Source of the DNA: a virus
Lineage: Duplodnaviria > Caudoviricetes
Strand: one strand, 5' to 3'
Virus record (IMG/VR): IMGVR_UViG_3300020045_009217
Span: 1 to 28,832 of that record
DNA length: 28,832 nt
The notes under the pieces were generated by a model. It ran no database searches and was not told the DNA's origin. It saw nothing but the letters and a program-made list of their open reading frames with translations. The translations under genes were made by a program, and so were the position numbers. Shown in pieces: positions 15,702-23,408 of the stretch. Position 1 is the first letter of the stretch. Every line of letters starts with the position of its first letter.

Positions 15702-16481
15702 ATGGCAAACGAAATTGAATCTCTTGAAAGTCTGGTCAAAAAGCCCACGAAAATCAAACGCCCCTCTAATGCGGCGTTGTGGGTTGCTTACACCTTTTTC
15801 AATATTACGATCTTGGTGTTTGATGTGATCGCGGCGGTGACAGTCTACAATCTCATGCAAAATGCGGGCTATGCTATTGTCACGTTCCTGGCAGGCTTCG
15901 TTCCCCTGCTGATGCACGAGTTCCTTTACCTGCGGGCGTATGCCAGTCAGTGGCAACGCTACATTTCCATTGCAGGCGCAGTTATCGCCGCTCTTACTGT
16001 TGCGGTTGTGGCAGTTCTAGCCGCGGCGGTAAATGTTGCTATCGCCTCGGGGTACACAGTTGACGCGGTTTCGTCTGAGTGGATTATTCTAACGATCATC
16101 GTTTTGGCGGCGTTCACCCACACCGTACTAGCCGCAGCTTACTTTTATCTTGATGAGGGCATCCAGTCCAAACATAAGGCGGCTGAAAATATCGCCTTCC
16201 ATGATGAGCGGATGAAGAACCTGGACCGCGTTGAACAGGTGCTTGAAAAAGCCGCACGGATGCGAAACAAGAAAAGTGAACTGGCGAACCGCTTTGGTGG
16301 GGCGGACGGGAAAGCCGCGATTGAGTTGCTCATGAAACAATTCGGTGACGATGACGGCGACGGTATCCCGAACTTCTTGAACAAGGTAGACAACCGCAAG
16401 CAGCAGAACGTTGTCCGTTATGCCGCAGATGAAGAGCGTCAGAACTTGCAGGGCAAGGACCCTACACAGGGCGGGAAATAG
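15702..16481 (+). CDS. Four-TM membrane protein with coiled coil and Dx[DN]xDG Ca-binding-like motif
   Basis: AGGAG RBS before ATG at 15702; four hydrophobic helices; DDDGDGIPNFL. Confidence 0.8.
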   Translation: MANEIESLESLVKKPTKIKRPSNAALWVAYTFFNITILVFDVIAAVTVYNLMQNAGYAIVTFLAGFVPLLMHEFLYLRAYASQWQRYISIAGAVIAALTVAVVAVLAAAVNVAIASGYTVDAVSSEWIILTIIVLAAFTHTVLAAAYFYLDEGIQSKHKAAENIAFHDERMKNLDRVEQVLEKAARMRNKKSELANRFGGADGKAAIELLMKQFGDDDGDGIPNFLNKVDNRKQQNVVRYAADEERQNLQGKDPTQGGK

Positions 16482-16927
16482 AAGTCCCGCCCGCGCCCCA
16501 AAACCTTGCCAGTATCGAAAAACAAGGTCAAATTCAAACAGAAACCAGCCTAGTGGCAGAAGATGACCTTGAAATCATAAATGGGCTTTTAGATAATCCT
16601 AGTGGCAGTGAGCAAATCAAGCGTAGATGGTTAGAATTTGACTGTCAGAAAGGCGTACATCATGGCAAATATGCAACATACGAAAATGGGGAAAGGAAAA
16701 GGATCAAAGGCGGTTACGTTGGCAGGTTTGACAAAGCAACTGGCGACTATGCCACTAGGCGCGTCCGTGAGTTCGTCCAGCATCACGACTGCCACTATCC
16801 CGAAAGGTTCACCCAAGATTTGGACGAGTGCGGAATTAGAGGTATTGAGGTCCAAGATTGGGCTAGTGGCAGGAGCGTTAGCGGACTTCCAGCGGGCGGG
16901 CGGGCTAGTGGCAGTGAGACAAATTGA
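16463..16927 (+). CDS. Basic domain, probably expressed as a -1 frameshift extension of the membrane protein (alternative start GTG 16553)
   Basis: The -1 frame is open from 16433; hairpin at 16469-16492; C.KG.HHGKY...KRIKGGYVG motif; no SD sequence before the GTG. Confidence 0.55.
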   Translation, partial: YTGREIEVPPAPQNLASIEKQGQIQTETSLVAEDDLEIINGLLDNPSGSEQIKRRWLEFDCQKGVHHGKYATYENGERKRIKGGYVGRFDKATGDYATRRVREFVQHHDCHYPERFTQDLDECGIRGIEVQDWASGRSVSGLPAGGRASGSETN

Positions 16928-17028
16928 CGTTGACGGGCGTTCTTTTGCAAAAATCATCCTAGTGGCAGAAGGTATAAACATTGAAACAAAGCGAACTGTT
17001 GACGGGATTGATTTTTACCTAGTGGCAG
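16550..17028. repeat. Cluster of CTAGTGGCAG repeats
   Basis: Exact copies at 16550, 16599, 16863, 16905, 16959 and 17019; inverted 9-mers at 16750-16758 and 16789-16797. Confidence 0.9.
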
Positions 17029-17048
17029 AACAGGCAGGCGGCAAATGA
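16638..17048 (+). CDS. Hypothetical protein overlapping the previous frame; true start uncertain (possibly ATG 16749)
   Basis: ATGA coupling to the next gene; protein-like C-terminal half. Confidence 0.55.
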   Translation: MTVRKAYIMANMQHTKMGKGKGSKAVTLAGLTKQLATMPLGASVSSSSITTATIPKGSPKIWTSAELEVLRSKIGLVAGALADFQRAGGLVAVRQIDVDGRSFAKIILVAEGINIETKRTVDGIDFYLVAEQAGGK

Positions 17049-17362
17049 ACAATAAATTAATTTCTATAAATCAGGCAGTACAACAAAGAGTTGAGCGGTT
17101 ACGACAACCCCAATGGGTAACGCCGCAAGACCATCTAAAGATTGACATTATAGAGTTTGATGACGGAGAGAGTAAGCCGAGACTGTGGGCAAAGCTTTAC
17201 GCGCCGTTCAACTTAGAGTGCAACGGTGAAGACCCTGTAAATATTCTGTTGTTTCAGATGGATTGTGACGCGGAAGAATGGCTAGCTTATACAGGAGTGC
17301 TACCAGAAAGCGACGAATACAAAGCCGCTCAAGCAAAATATGAAGGCGTGTTGAAGAAATGA
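17045..17362 (+). CDS. Hypothetical protein
   Basis: ATGA overlaps at both ends. Confidence 0.7.
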   Translation: MNNKLISINQAVQQRVERLRQPQWVTPQDHLKIDIIEFDDGESKPRLWAKLYAPFNLECNGEDPVNILLFQMDCDAEEWLAYTGVLPESDEYKAAQAKYEGVLKK

Positions 17363-17583
17363 CCCGCCTTACAAAGCTACTCATCCTGTGCCTGATTCTG
17401 GCGTCAGTCCTGGCGTGTGGCGTCAAGTTGCCAGTTACAGGCGATAACGATAATACAGCGATCCTTGCCAACACCGCGCCCTACGGCTCCGAACCGCTAG
17501 CCTGGACGCCACAGCCAACCATGACAGCGGTCCCGTCATTTGACGGGGAAAAGCCGTCAAGCGTATTGAGCGAGGAAAGGTAA
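17359..17583 (+). CDS. Putative lipoprotein
   Basis: Basic N-terminus, hydrophobic core, VLAC lipobox, Pro/Thr-rich tail. Confidence 0.7.
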   Translation: MTRLTKLLILCLILASVLACGVKLPVTGDNDNTAILANTAPYGSEPLAWTPQPTMTAVPSFDGEKPSSVLSEER

Positions 17584-17589
17584 TCAATC

Positions 17590-17814
17590 ATGGATGTTGT
17601 TGAATTAGCAAGAAAATGGCTTGCAGAAAATGAGCGTCGTCATTATTCTGCTCAAATGAATAGCGACGAAATTGCCGTATCTGCGTTCTGTGCTGGATAT
17701 AACGCCGCCCAACATCGCGTACAACGGACTGCCTTACAGATTCGTATTTTGAACGCTATTTGCTACGGAATTACAGCAGGTTCGTTGTTGTGGTTACTAT
17801 TCGGCATCCGCTAA
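17590..17814 (+). CDS. Hypothetical protein reading into an attC-like site
   Basis: AAGG RBS; the C-terminal half is encoded by the attC-like palindrome. Confidence 0.6.
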   Translation: MDVVELARKWLAENERRHYSAQMNSDEIAVSAFCAGYNAAQHRVQRTALQIRILNAICYGITAGSLLWLLFGIR

Positions 17815-17829
17815 CGCAAGCCGTTGTGC
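17707..17829 (+). mobile_element. Integron attC-like recombination site
   Basis: RYYYAAC = GCCCAAC (17707-17713); GTTGTGC (17823-17829); imperfect arms GCGTACAACGGACTGCC / GGCATCCGCTAACGC with unpaired bases; 123 bp long. Confidence 0.7.
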
Positions 17830-17891
17830 GTCGCTCGGCGACTGGCAAAGAAGAATTGCAAAATGAACCATAAAAGAACTTTATACATACT

Positions 17892-17988
17892 CGCTAACGA
17901 TGGCACGTGCGCGGATATTGAAAATCAAGAAAGCGGCGATCTTGTGAATTGGTATCCAGAAAACGCCACTAACGCAAACCGGTTGGCG
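17892..17988 (+). mobile_element. Degenerate second attC-like site
   Basis: CGCTAAC...CTAACGCAAACCGGTTGGCG; the 3' end closely resembles that of the first site (CTAACGCAAGCCGTTG). Confidence 0.45.
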
Positions 17989-18012
17989 GACTGCTCCGCC
18001 GGAAAGGCACTT

Positions 18013-18207
18013 ATGAACGACTTGGAGTTCTTGAAAGAATTGCGCGAGAATGTTGTAAAATGCAAGAATGATATTACGCGGTATGAAATGGCTGTCCAAA
18101 TGATTGATGATTTGATTAGAGAATTGACCGAAAGAATAAATACTCTCGAGTCTATTCAAACAGATATGACCGATCCGTCAAAAAATAAGATACATAAAAT
18201 TAGATAA
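18013..18207 (+). CDS. Hypothetical coiled-coil protein (in-frame upstream ATG at 17863 also possible)
   Basis: GAAAGG RBS before ATG at 18013. Confidence 0.6.
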   Translation: MNDLEFLKELRENVVKCKNDITRYEMAVQMIDDLIRELTERINTLESIQTDMTDPSKNKIHKIR

Positions 18208-18233
18208 TACACACATTCTGTATATTATCTAAT
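18199..18233. repeat. AT-rich inverted repeat (possible operator or recombination site)
   Basis: ATTAGATAATA (18199-18209) / TATTATCTAAT (18223-18233). Confidence 0.6.
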
Positions 18234-18249
18234 ACAAAAAAGGAATAGC

Positions 18250-18468
18250 ATGCTAACTTTTACCAAGTGGTATCAAGAGTGGCTAATAAATTGTGACTAC
18301 GTGCCAGACGAAAAGCAGCGGGATGCAATGGAGGATGCATGGAACGGCGCTTTAGTTACAGTGTTTACACCCATAGACGACAAAACAGAATGTCCCGAAA
18401 CCTTGCACCATATTATGGCTGACCTGGGAGTTTTGAATTGTATTATTTGCAGGAAAGATTTACAGTAG
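18250..18468 (+). CDS. Hypothetical protein, possible Zn-binding C-terminus
   Basis: AAGGA RBS; C...H...CIIC; converges on the late operon. Confidence 0.6.
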   Translation: MLTFTKWYQEWLINCDYVPDEKQRDAMEDAWNGALVTVFTPIDDKTECPETLHHIMADLGVLNCIICRKDLQ

Positions 18469-19122
18469 CCAGCGTTCCATGACCCACCATTGCGCGGGCA
18501 CAAAGTTCCCCGCAAAATCAAAGTCAGGTCCCAGGGCAACCGGACTGTAAACCGTCCCCTTGACCTTTTCCCTGTATGAGTTTGCCCCGCTCACTGCCGT
18601 TACTTTGTGGACTAAATGCGGATGACTTGCCCACGTTTTACCGAAGTCTGACCTGCTGAAAGTTCGTAACCTAACCATCGGTTGATAATCTTTGACGCCC
18701 TGCCAATCAATGAACAGGGTTTTTGTTTCCAGTACTTCGACCTTTTGACCGGGGTAAAAGTTTACGATCATCTCAGCGCCCAGCATCCAATTTGTAGAAA
18801 TCATCGGAGCGCCGGTTGTGCCGCGTTGACCGTAGCAGAACCAATCCATTTTGGCGGCAATTGTGGATTCATCTGGGACTTGCATCGCGGCAACTTTTGC
18901 CATGTCGTTGGCGTCTAGCTTGGAGCGTAGGTTATTGTTTGACCAATCCCCGCACCATTTCCCCGCCGCGTCTGTGATGTAAACATTGTAATAACCAAAC
19001 TGGTCGGTGCCATTGGCGTTATAGCGTTTCACGTCCAACGGGTGCGTGAGTTCCGACCACTTGCGAAGGGTACGGATGTTGGACGGGGATAGGGCGGGGG
19101 GGAAGGTGATGTTAACTTTCAT
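18460..19122 (-). CDS. Hypothetical protein at the end of the lysis region
   Basis: 220-aa ORF with a short overlap with the upstream gene. Confidence 0.7.
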   Translation of the reverse strand: MKVNITFPPALSPSNIRTLRKWSELTHPLDVKRYNANGTDQFGYYNVYITDAAGKWCGDWSNNNLRSKLDANDMAKVAAMQVPDESTIAAKMDWFCYGQRGTTGAPMISTNWMLGAEMIVNFYPGQKVEVLETKTLFIDWQGVKDYQPMVRLRTFSRSDFGKTWASHPHLVHKVTAVSGANSYREKVKGTVYSPVALGPDFDFAGNFVPAQWWVMERWLL

Positions 19123-19507
19123 TATTAGTAGCAGGTTTACTATTTCTCTCGGTTACGAGAATTGCAAATCTATGCAGTACGTCTCTAAATTGCTCGTTGT
19201 CCATTTCAATCCAATCTGGTAGTTTATCCCACGTCTCAAAATCTTCTTGACGCCACGCCTTTAGAAATAAACGAACAATCACGTCTTGTTCTCCCCATCC
19301 CGTAGACAAGCCGGACTGTTCGTGTGCGCCGATGTTCAAAGCGCGTAATGCTATTTTTTGACCTTCCCGTAAATAATCATCAGGCATATCTCGTGACGTA
19401 AAATGTGTCAAGGCTTCATCAGCAGCATTTTTATATGACTGCAACCACTGAATTATTTTTAATAATTCGTTTTCAATTTCAATTTTTATATCTATTGCGT
19501 CTGCCAT
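19112..19507 (-). CDS. Hypothetical protein
   Basis: Starts 1 nt after the endolysin stop; more AT-rich than its neighbours. Confidence 0.6.
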   Translation of the reverse strand: MADAIDIKIEIENELLKIIQWLQSYKNAADEALTHFTSRDMPDDYLREGQKIALRALNIGAHEQSGLSTGWGEQDVIVRLFLKAWRQEDFETWDKLPDWIEMDNEQFRDVLHRFAILVTERNSKPATNNES

Positions 19508-19508
19508 C

Positions 19509-20645
19509 TTATGCCGTCACTTTCCATTTTTCAATTCCATCTTCCATATACGATACCACCGAGCCAGCCGCCAGCGTCATCTTGATTTCTTTGACCGTCG
19601 CAGGCGGGGGCGGGGGAGGCGGGGGAACTGGCGGGTCAACTGCGAGAATATACGCGCCGCTACACCACGCATTAGGCGCATCGTTTATCAGCGTGCCATT
19701 GTTCAATGCTACGGGTGCACCGTTCCAACTGCCCCGGTACGCTTCGGTCAAGTGCCACCATCCGCTGACTGTTTCAGTTGCCATGACGTAATCATCTTTT
19801 ACCACCTGCCCGATAATGGGAAAAGTTGAATTATAACCAGCCCGCACATTCAGGGCGGTTGTGTTGATTTTGCCGTATAACATTACGCCTCCAATCGGCG
19901 GGGGAGTTATCCCGTACCGCGCCGCAAACTCCTCAGCCGTGCCATTGAAATAATTACCATCATAGTTTACCCCATTATAATTCCATGTGCTTGTAAATTG
20001 ATGTAGGATGTAATACAAAGCCCCGCGCGGCATGGCTGGAACTGTCACGCCGTAATTTGCTACCCATAACTCCTCACGATCCCACTCAAAGCCAATCAAC
20101 CATGTGTCTGCATAGCCTTTTGCTGTGTAGGTTATAGCGGGCTTGCCTTGTTTGACCTTTATTTTATCGTGTGCCTGGCGCAAATCGCTTGCGCCAGGAT
20201 TAGCAGGTGCGCCGCCGTAGTATGTCCACTCCGCATCTATAAAGATACCCAGCGGGGGCGGGTCGAGTTGTGCGCGCGCGTGCCATGCGTTGACCTGTGC
20301 GTCAATGTTTACCTTGCTTGCAGGATACAACCAAACGTACATTCCCCAAGGCACTCCTGCTGCTTTCGCGGCGGCTACGTGTTCAAAATAATACTTGGTG
20401 TTGACCGAACCATCACACCCTTTGATGATAACGAATTGCAGGTTGTATAATTCCACCATGCCCTTAAGGTCTACGGGCGGGGTGTTCCAGTGGCTGATAT
20501 CAACCCCGAATATCTTTGTGCCGTCAAGTGAGACGCTCTCTACAAGCAACGCATCAGACAGAAAACGTAGATAATTTTGTTCTCGGCTGTTTTCCCCGTA
20601 CCATAAGTTGTTTTGTATCTGTTGCTTGAGTTGTGCGTAGTTCAT
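19509..20645 (-). CDS. Endolysin: GH25 muramidase + SH3b-like domain + Pro-rich tail
   Basis: GVDISHWN, FVIIKG, IDAE (DxE), LWVANY and HQFTS; ALNVRAG...IIG SH3b signature; poly-Pro. Confidence 0.9.
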   Translation of the reverse strand: MNYAQLKQQIQNNLWYGENSREQNYLRFLSDALLVESVSLDGTKIFGVDISHWNTPPVDLKGMVELYNLQFVIIKGCDGSVNTKYYFEHVAAAKAAGVPWGMYVWLYPASKVNIDAQVNAWHARAQLDPPPLGIFIDAEWTYYGGAPANPGASDLRQAHDKIKVKQGKPAITYTAKGYADTWLIGFEWDREELWVANYGVTVPAMPRGALYYILHQFTSTWNYNGVNYDGNYFNGTAEEFAARYGITPPPIGGVMLYGKINTTALNVRAGYNSTFPIIGQVVKDDYVMATETVSGWWHLTEAYRGSWNGAPVALNNGTLINDAPNAWCSGAYILAVDPPVPPPPPPPPATVKEIKMTLAAGSVVSYMEDGIEKWKVTA

Positions 20646-20986
20646 GGTTTTATAATTTCAATGCTATTGGTAATCAGTCCCCAAATCAACGCAATCACAG
20701 ACACGCCGATAATACTTGCAAACCACACCCCCACCTTATAAAAAACAATCATTGGTTTTACGACTTCGATAAATCCCTTCATTTCTTCAATTGTCTTTTT
20801 TTGTTCCGCTGATGTCATGGTTAAGTTTCTAGCAATTTCATCCAACCCAGGGTCACCGTTGCCATATAACGACTTATCGTGTTTGTCGATTTTTGCTTGT
20901 AAAGGCGCACGCCATCTGTCCAGCGTGTCCTTTAGTTTTGTCATTTCATTTTGTAACTCTTTTCTGGTAACTGGGGTTACTGTCAT
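20642..20986 (-). CDS. Holin/antiholin-like protein (coiled coil + single C-terminal TM)
   Basis: GGAG RBS before ATG at 20986; ATGA overlap with the endolysin. Confidence 0.65.
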   Translation of the reverse strand: MTVTPVTRKELQNEMTKLKDTLDRWRAPLQAKIDKHDKSLYGNGDPGLDEIARNLTMTSAEQKKTIEEMKGFIEVVKPMIVFYKVGVWFASIIGVSVIALIWGLITNSIEIIKP

Positions 20987-21008
20987 GTATGCTCCGATGG
21001 TCTCTTGC

Positions 21009-21045
21009 GCCCCAGCCCCGCCTGCTTGGAGTGCGGGGCTGGGGC
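21009..21045. other. Strong GC hairpin between the holin-like genes
   Basis: 13-bp perfect stem GCCCCAGCCCCGC / GCGGGGCTGGGGC; no U-tract. Confidence 0.7.
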
Positions 21046-21128
21046 TGAGGAGAAGAAACGACAAACTGCCCGCCAGCGTCCAGCCTGTTTGATATACGGC
21101 TGACTCCATTGGGAGCGGGCAGAATGTT

Positions 21129-21443
21129 TTACTGTAAGTTGCGTACCCCACGCTTACGCAAGAGCGCAAAGCCAAGCAACACGGCGGCAACTTCGACGAT
21201 CAAACGCATGACCAACGCGGCAACCGCATCCCAGCTTTCCGGGATCTGATTGAGGTAGTTCTGCAACAGGTTGAACACCAAGCCAGCCAGCCACGTCACA
21301 ATGCCTGCTTTATATTGACCGATGTAATCAGCCAGGGGCGGATAAATGGCGGCAAGCTGCAAGAGCAGGAACGACACAAGGGCAGTCAGACCAAATACAA
21401 TAAGGTTCTGAATATCGGGGTCAAGGACAACAAAACTTTGCAT
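21129..21443 (-). CDS. Putative holin (3 TM)
   Basis: Three hydrophobic helices, basic C-terminus, GGAG RBS, upstream of the endolysin. Confidence 0.7.
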   Translation of the reverse strand: MQSFVVLDPDIQNLIVFGLTALVSFLLLQLAAIYPPLADYIGQYKAGIVTWLAGLVFNLLQNYLNQIPESWDAVAALVMRLIVEVAAVLLGFALLRKRGVRNLQ

Positions 21444-21482
21444 GTTTATTTCTCCATTTCTTTTTACTATCCCGCATGACCA

Positions 21483-21821
21483 TCACACGGGTTTATTCAC
21501 AAGTTCACAAGCGGCGCCAAATAGGTTACGCTCGTGCCGTTCCAACATATTCCAGATTTTTGTATCCCTTAATTCGTCCATCAGTTTGTAAAAATCAAGA
21601 TGGTGTAATAATCTGTGCGCCTGTTGTTTGATGATAATGTTTCGCGCTTTGCGGTCATCCTTCACCGCTTCCAGTTGTGGCACAAGTTGATGTATCATGC
21701 GCCGCGCTCGTTTTATTACGTCCAGCGCGTGTTCGTTGGCAGGGGTGTAATCGTGTTGATTGTAATGCAATGACATGATGCCAATTGATTTGAAAAGTCT
21801 TTGTAAAGGTGATACGTGCAT
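21483..21821 (-). CDS. Hypothetical protein
   Basis: ORF in operon orientation. Confidence 0.55.
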   Translation of the reverse strand: MHVSPLQRLFKSIGIMSLHYNQHDYTPANEHALDVIKRARRMIHQLVPQLEAVKDDRKARNIIIKQQAHRLLHHLDFYKLMDELRDTKIWNMLERHERNLFGAACELVNKPV

Positions 21822-21874
21822 TTGTTTCGCTTTCTCTTATATATCATCCGCGATACATAAGCTATACCGACATT

Positions 21875-22111
21875 TTACCATGAACGCGCGAAAAGCTTTA
21901 ATATCAATCGCAGAGTCCGCGCCAGGAACTTGACCGCCGCGATAACCTGCGCGTTCGTGGGGTTGGTTGCGTTTTCAATATCCTGCAATTGCGTGACGGC
22001 ATTTTGATATTCAGTCCGCAACTGTTGGCGGTCTGTCTGCTTTTGCAGTACGTCTGCCTGCGCTTCGGGGGTGAAGTTAATCAGATGTTCGAGGTTTTCA
22101 GGTAGTACCAT
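21875..22111 (-). CDS. Small tail-fibre-associated hypothetical protein
   Basis: AGGAG RBS; directly follows the fibre gene. Confidence 0.65.
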   Translation of the reverse strand: MVLPENLEHLINFTPEAQADVLQKQTDRQQLRTEYQNAVTQLQDIENATNPTNAQVIAAVKFLARTLRLILKLFARSW

Positions 22112-22121
22112 TTTTTTGCTC

Positions 22122-22952
22122 CTAGAACGAATAATTACAAATCATTGATATTTCATCGGTGCTTGCCCACGTCATCGGGACAGTGGATGTTACGTTAGTA
22201 GGGGCGGCATAAGAACCACTGGACGCTGAAATTTGCGGGTAAAGATTTCCACCGATAAGATATACCGTGCCTTCAAATAACGCCGTACCTGTGTCTCTCA
22301 CAGTGGTTGCGCCTAGATATTCCTGAGTTGTTCCCAAAGTGTTCGGTGTCGCAATGGGAGTAAGATTCAAATCGCCGGTGATGGAGGTAGTTGTGCCGTA
22401 AACAAAGCCCGCTTTTTGTGTAACCCGTGTTCCATCGATTTCAAACTTAGCGTAAAATGTTCCATTGCCCGCTGTAAGATTGTTCCATGTAGCGGTGTAG
22501 TTGAACGACGAAGGGAAGCCTTCGGGGTTCGGACTGTCAGATATGTAGGTGTCGGTAATGGTTGCGGCTGCCATTGTATACGAAGTGTTTGTAAATAACG
22601 TGATAGTTGTGTTGGGTGCGCCATAGCTAGATGATTTGATTACGCCATATTCATACGAGCCGCCGTCTTTGTAACGTAGCTTTGCGCCCTTGCGGTACTT
22701 TGTTGTTACGTCCCCCGAAATGGTAAATGTGTGATTGCCTGTGCGCGTCCATGTTTCGGTAGTTCTGTTCCAACCATCCGCGGCGGCTTGCTCGATCCAA
22801 ATCGCCGCACCTGTACTCACGTCTATCGCCACATAAACACGGTCGTTCGTTGTATCCACCCAGCGGTCGTCAATCACGTACCCGTCCAGTACGTCATCAT
22901 TGGCAGTCGGGGCGGTTGTCTTTACGTAAATGTATTGTCGGTATGTCGGCAT
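22122..22952 (-). CDS. Tail fibre / minor tail protein
   Basis: TAPTANDD..DGY....WVDT N-terminal motif; Thr/Gly-rich beta composition; AGGAG RBS. Confidence 0.75.
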   Translation of the reverse strand: MPTYRQYIYVKTTAPTANDDVLDGYVIDDRWVDTTNDRVYVAIDVSTGAAIWIEQAAADGWNRTTETWTRTGNHTFTISGDVTTKYRKGAKLRYKDGGSYEYGVIKSSSYGAPNTTITLFTNTSYTMAAATITDTYISDSPNPEGFPSSFNYTATWNNLTAGNGTFYAKFEIDGTRVTQKAGFVYGTTTSITGDLNLTPIATPNTLGTTQEYLGATTVRDTGTALFEGTVYLIGGNLYPQISASSGSYAAPTNVTSTVPMTWASTDEISMICNYSF

Positions 22953-22961
22953 TGCTTACTC

Positions 22962-23408
22962 CTATTTCAACCAATATATAAATTGATTGTCGTCTAATTT
23001 CAACAGGTACTTATCAGCTGCCTGCCAGTCGTAAAATCTGCGTAGACTTTCTGGCATGTTGTCGGGATTGCCCTGTGCGTACTCAAATAAATATGCGTAA
23101 ATCTCGCGCTTGATCGGAACGCTCGAACCATCGCCGCGATAGGTGATCTCTAAAATTCCAGCGGGTAATTCGGTGATGCCTTTGGTGTATATCTCTGCAT
23201 AAAGATACATCTGCAACGCCTTGTAAAAATCATCCGACGCGCTCACCCATTCGCCGCGCCTGTCTAAAGCGTGCCCTACTTCGTGCAAACACGCCACGCG
23301 TGTCTGACACCACGCCAGGCGGGAGGTTAGATTATATGCGCCGTCCTGCCCGTCTACAGGGAAGGGGAACATAAATAACGCAAGGCACAAGACAATTATT
23401 CTTTTCAA
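22962..23408 (-). CDS. Putative exported zincin-like metallopeptidase
   Basis: TTG start overlapping the upstream stop, signal-like KRIIVLCLALFMF, HEVGH motif, downstream REIYA glutamate. Confidence 0.6.
   Translation of the reverse strand: MKRIIVLCLALFMFPFPVDGQDGAYNLTSRLAWCQTRVACLHEVGHALDRRGEWVSASDDFYKALQMYLYAEIYTKGITELPAGILEITYRGDGSSVPIKREIYAYLFEYAQGNPDNMPESLRRFYDWQAADKYLLKLDDNQFIYWLK

Noticed and set aside
14780-15757. Long antisense ORFs 14780-15061 and 15104-15757
   Set aside because: They are shadows of the coupled + strand genes, which have RBS and promoter support.
16550-17028. CTAGTGGCAG repeats as a mini-CRISPR array
   Set aside because: The repeats are only 10 bp, irregularly spaced, in both orientations and inside coding sequence.
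18205-18236. dif-like site (TGTATATTAT resembles part of E. coli dif)
   Set aside because: The arms match XerC/XerD consensus poorly and the symmetry centre does not coincide with a 6-bp spacer.
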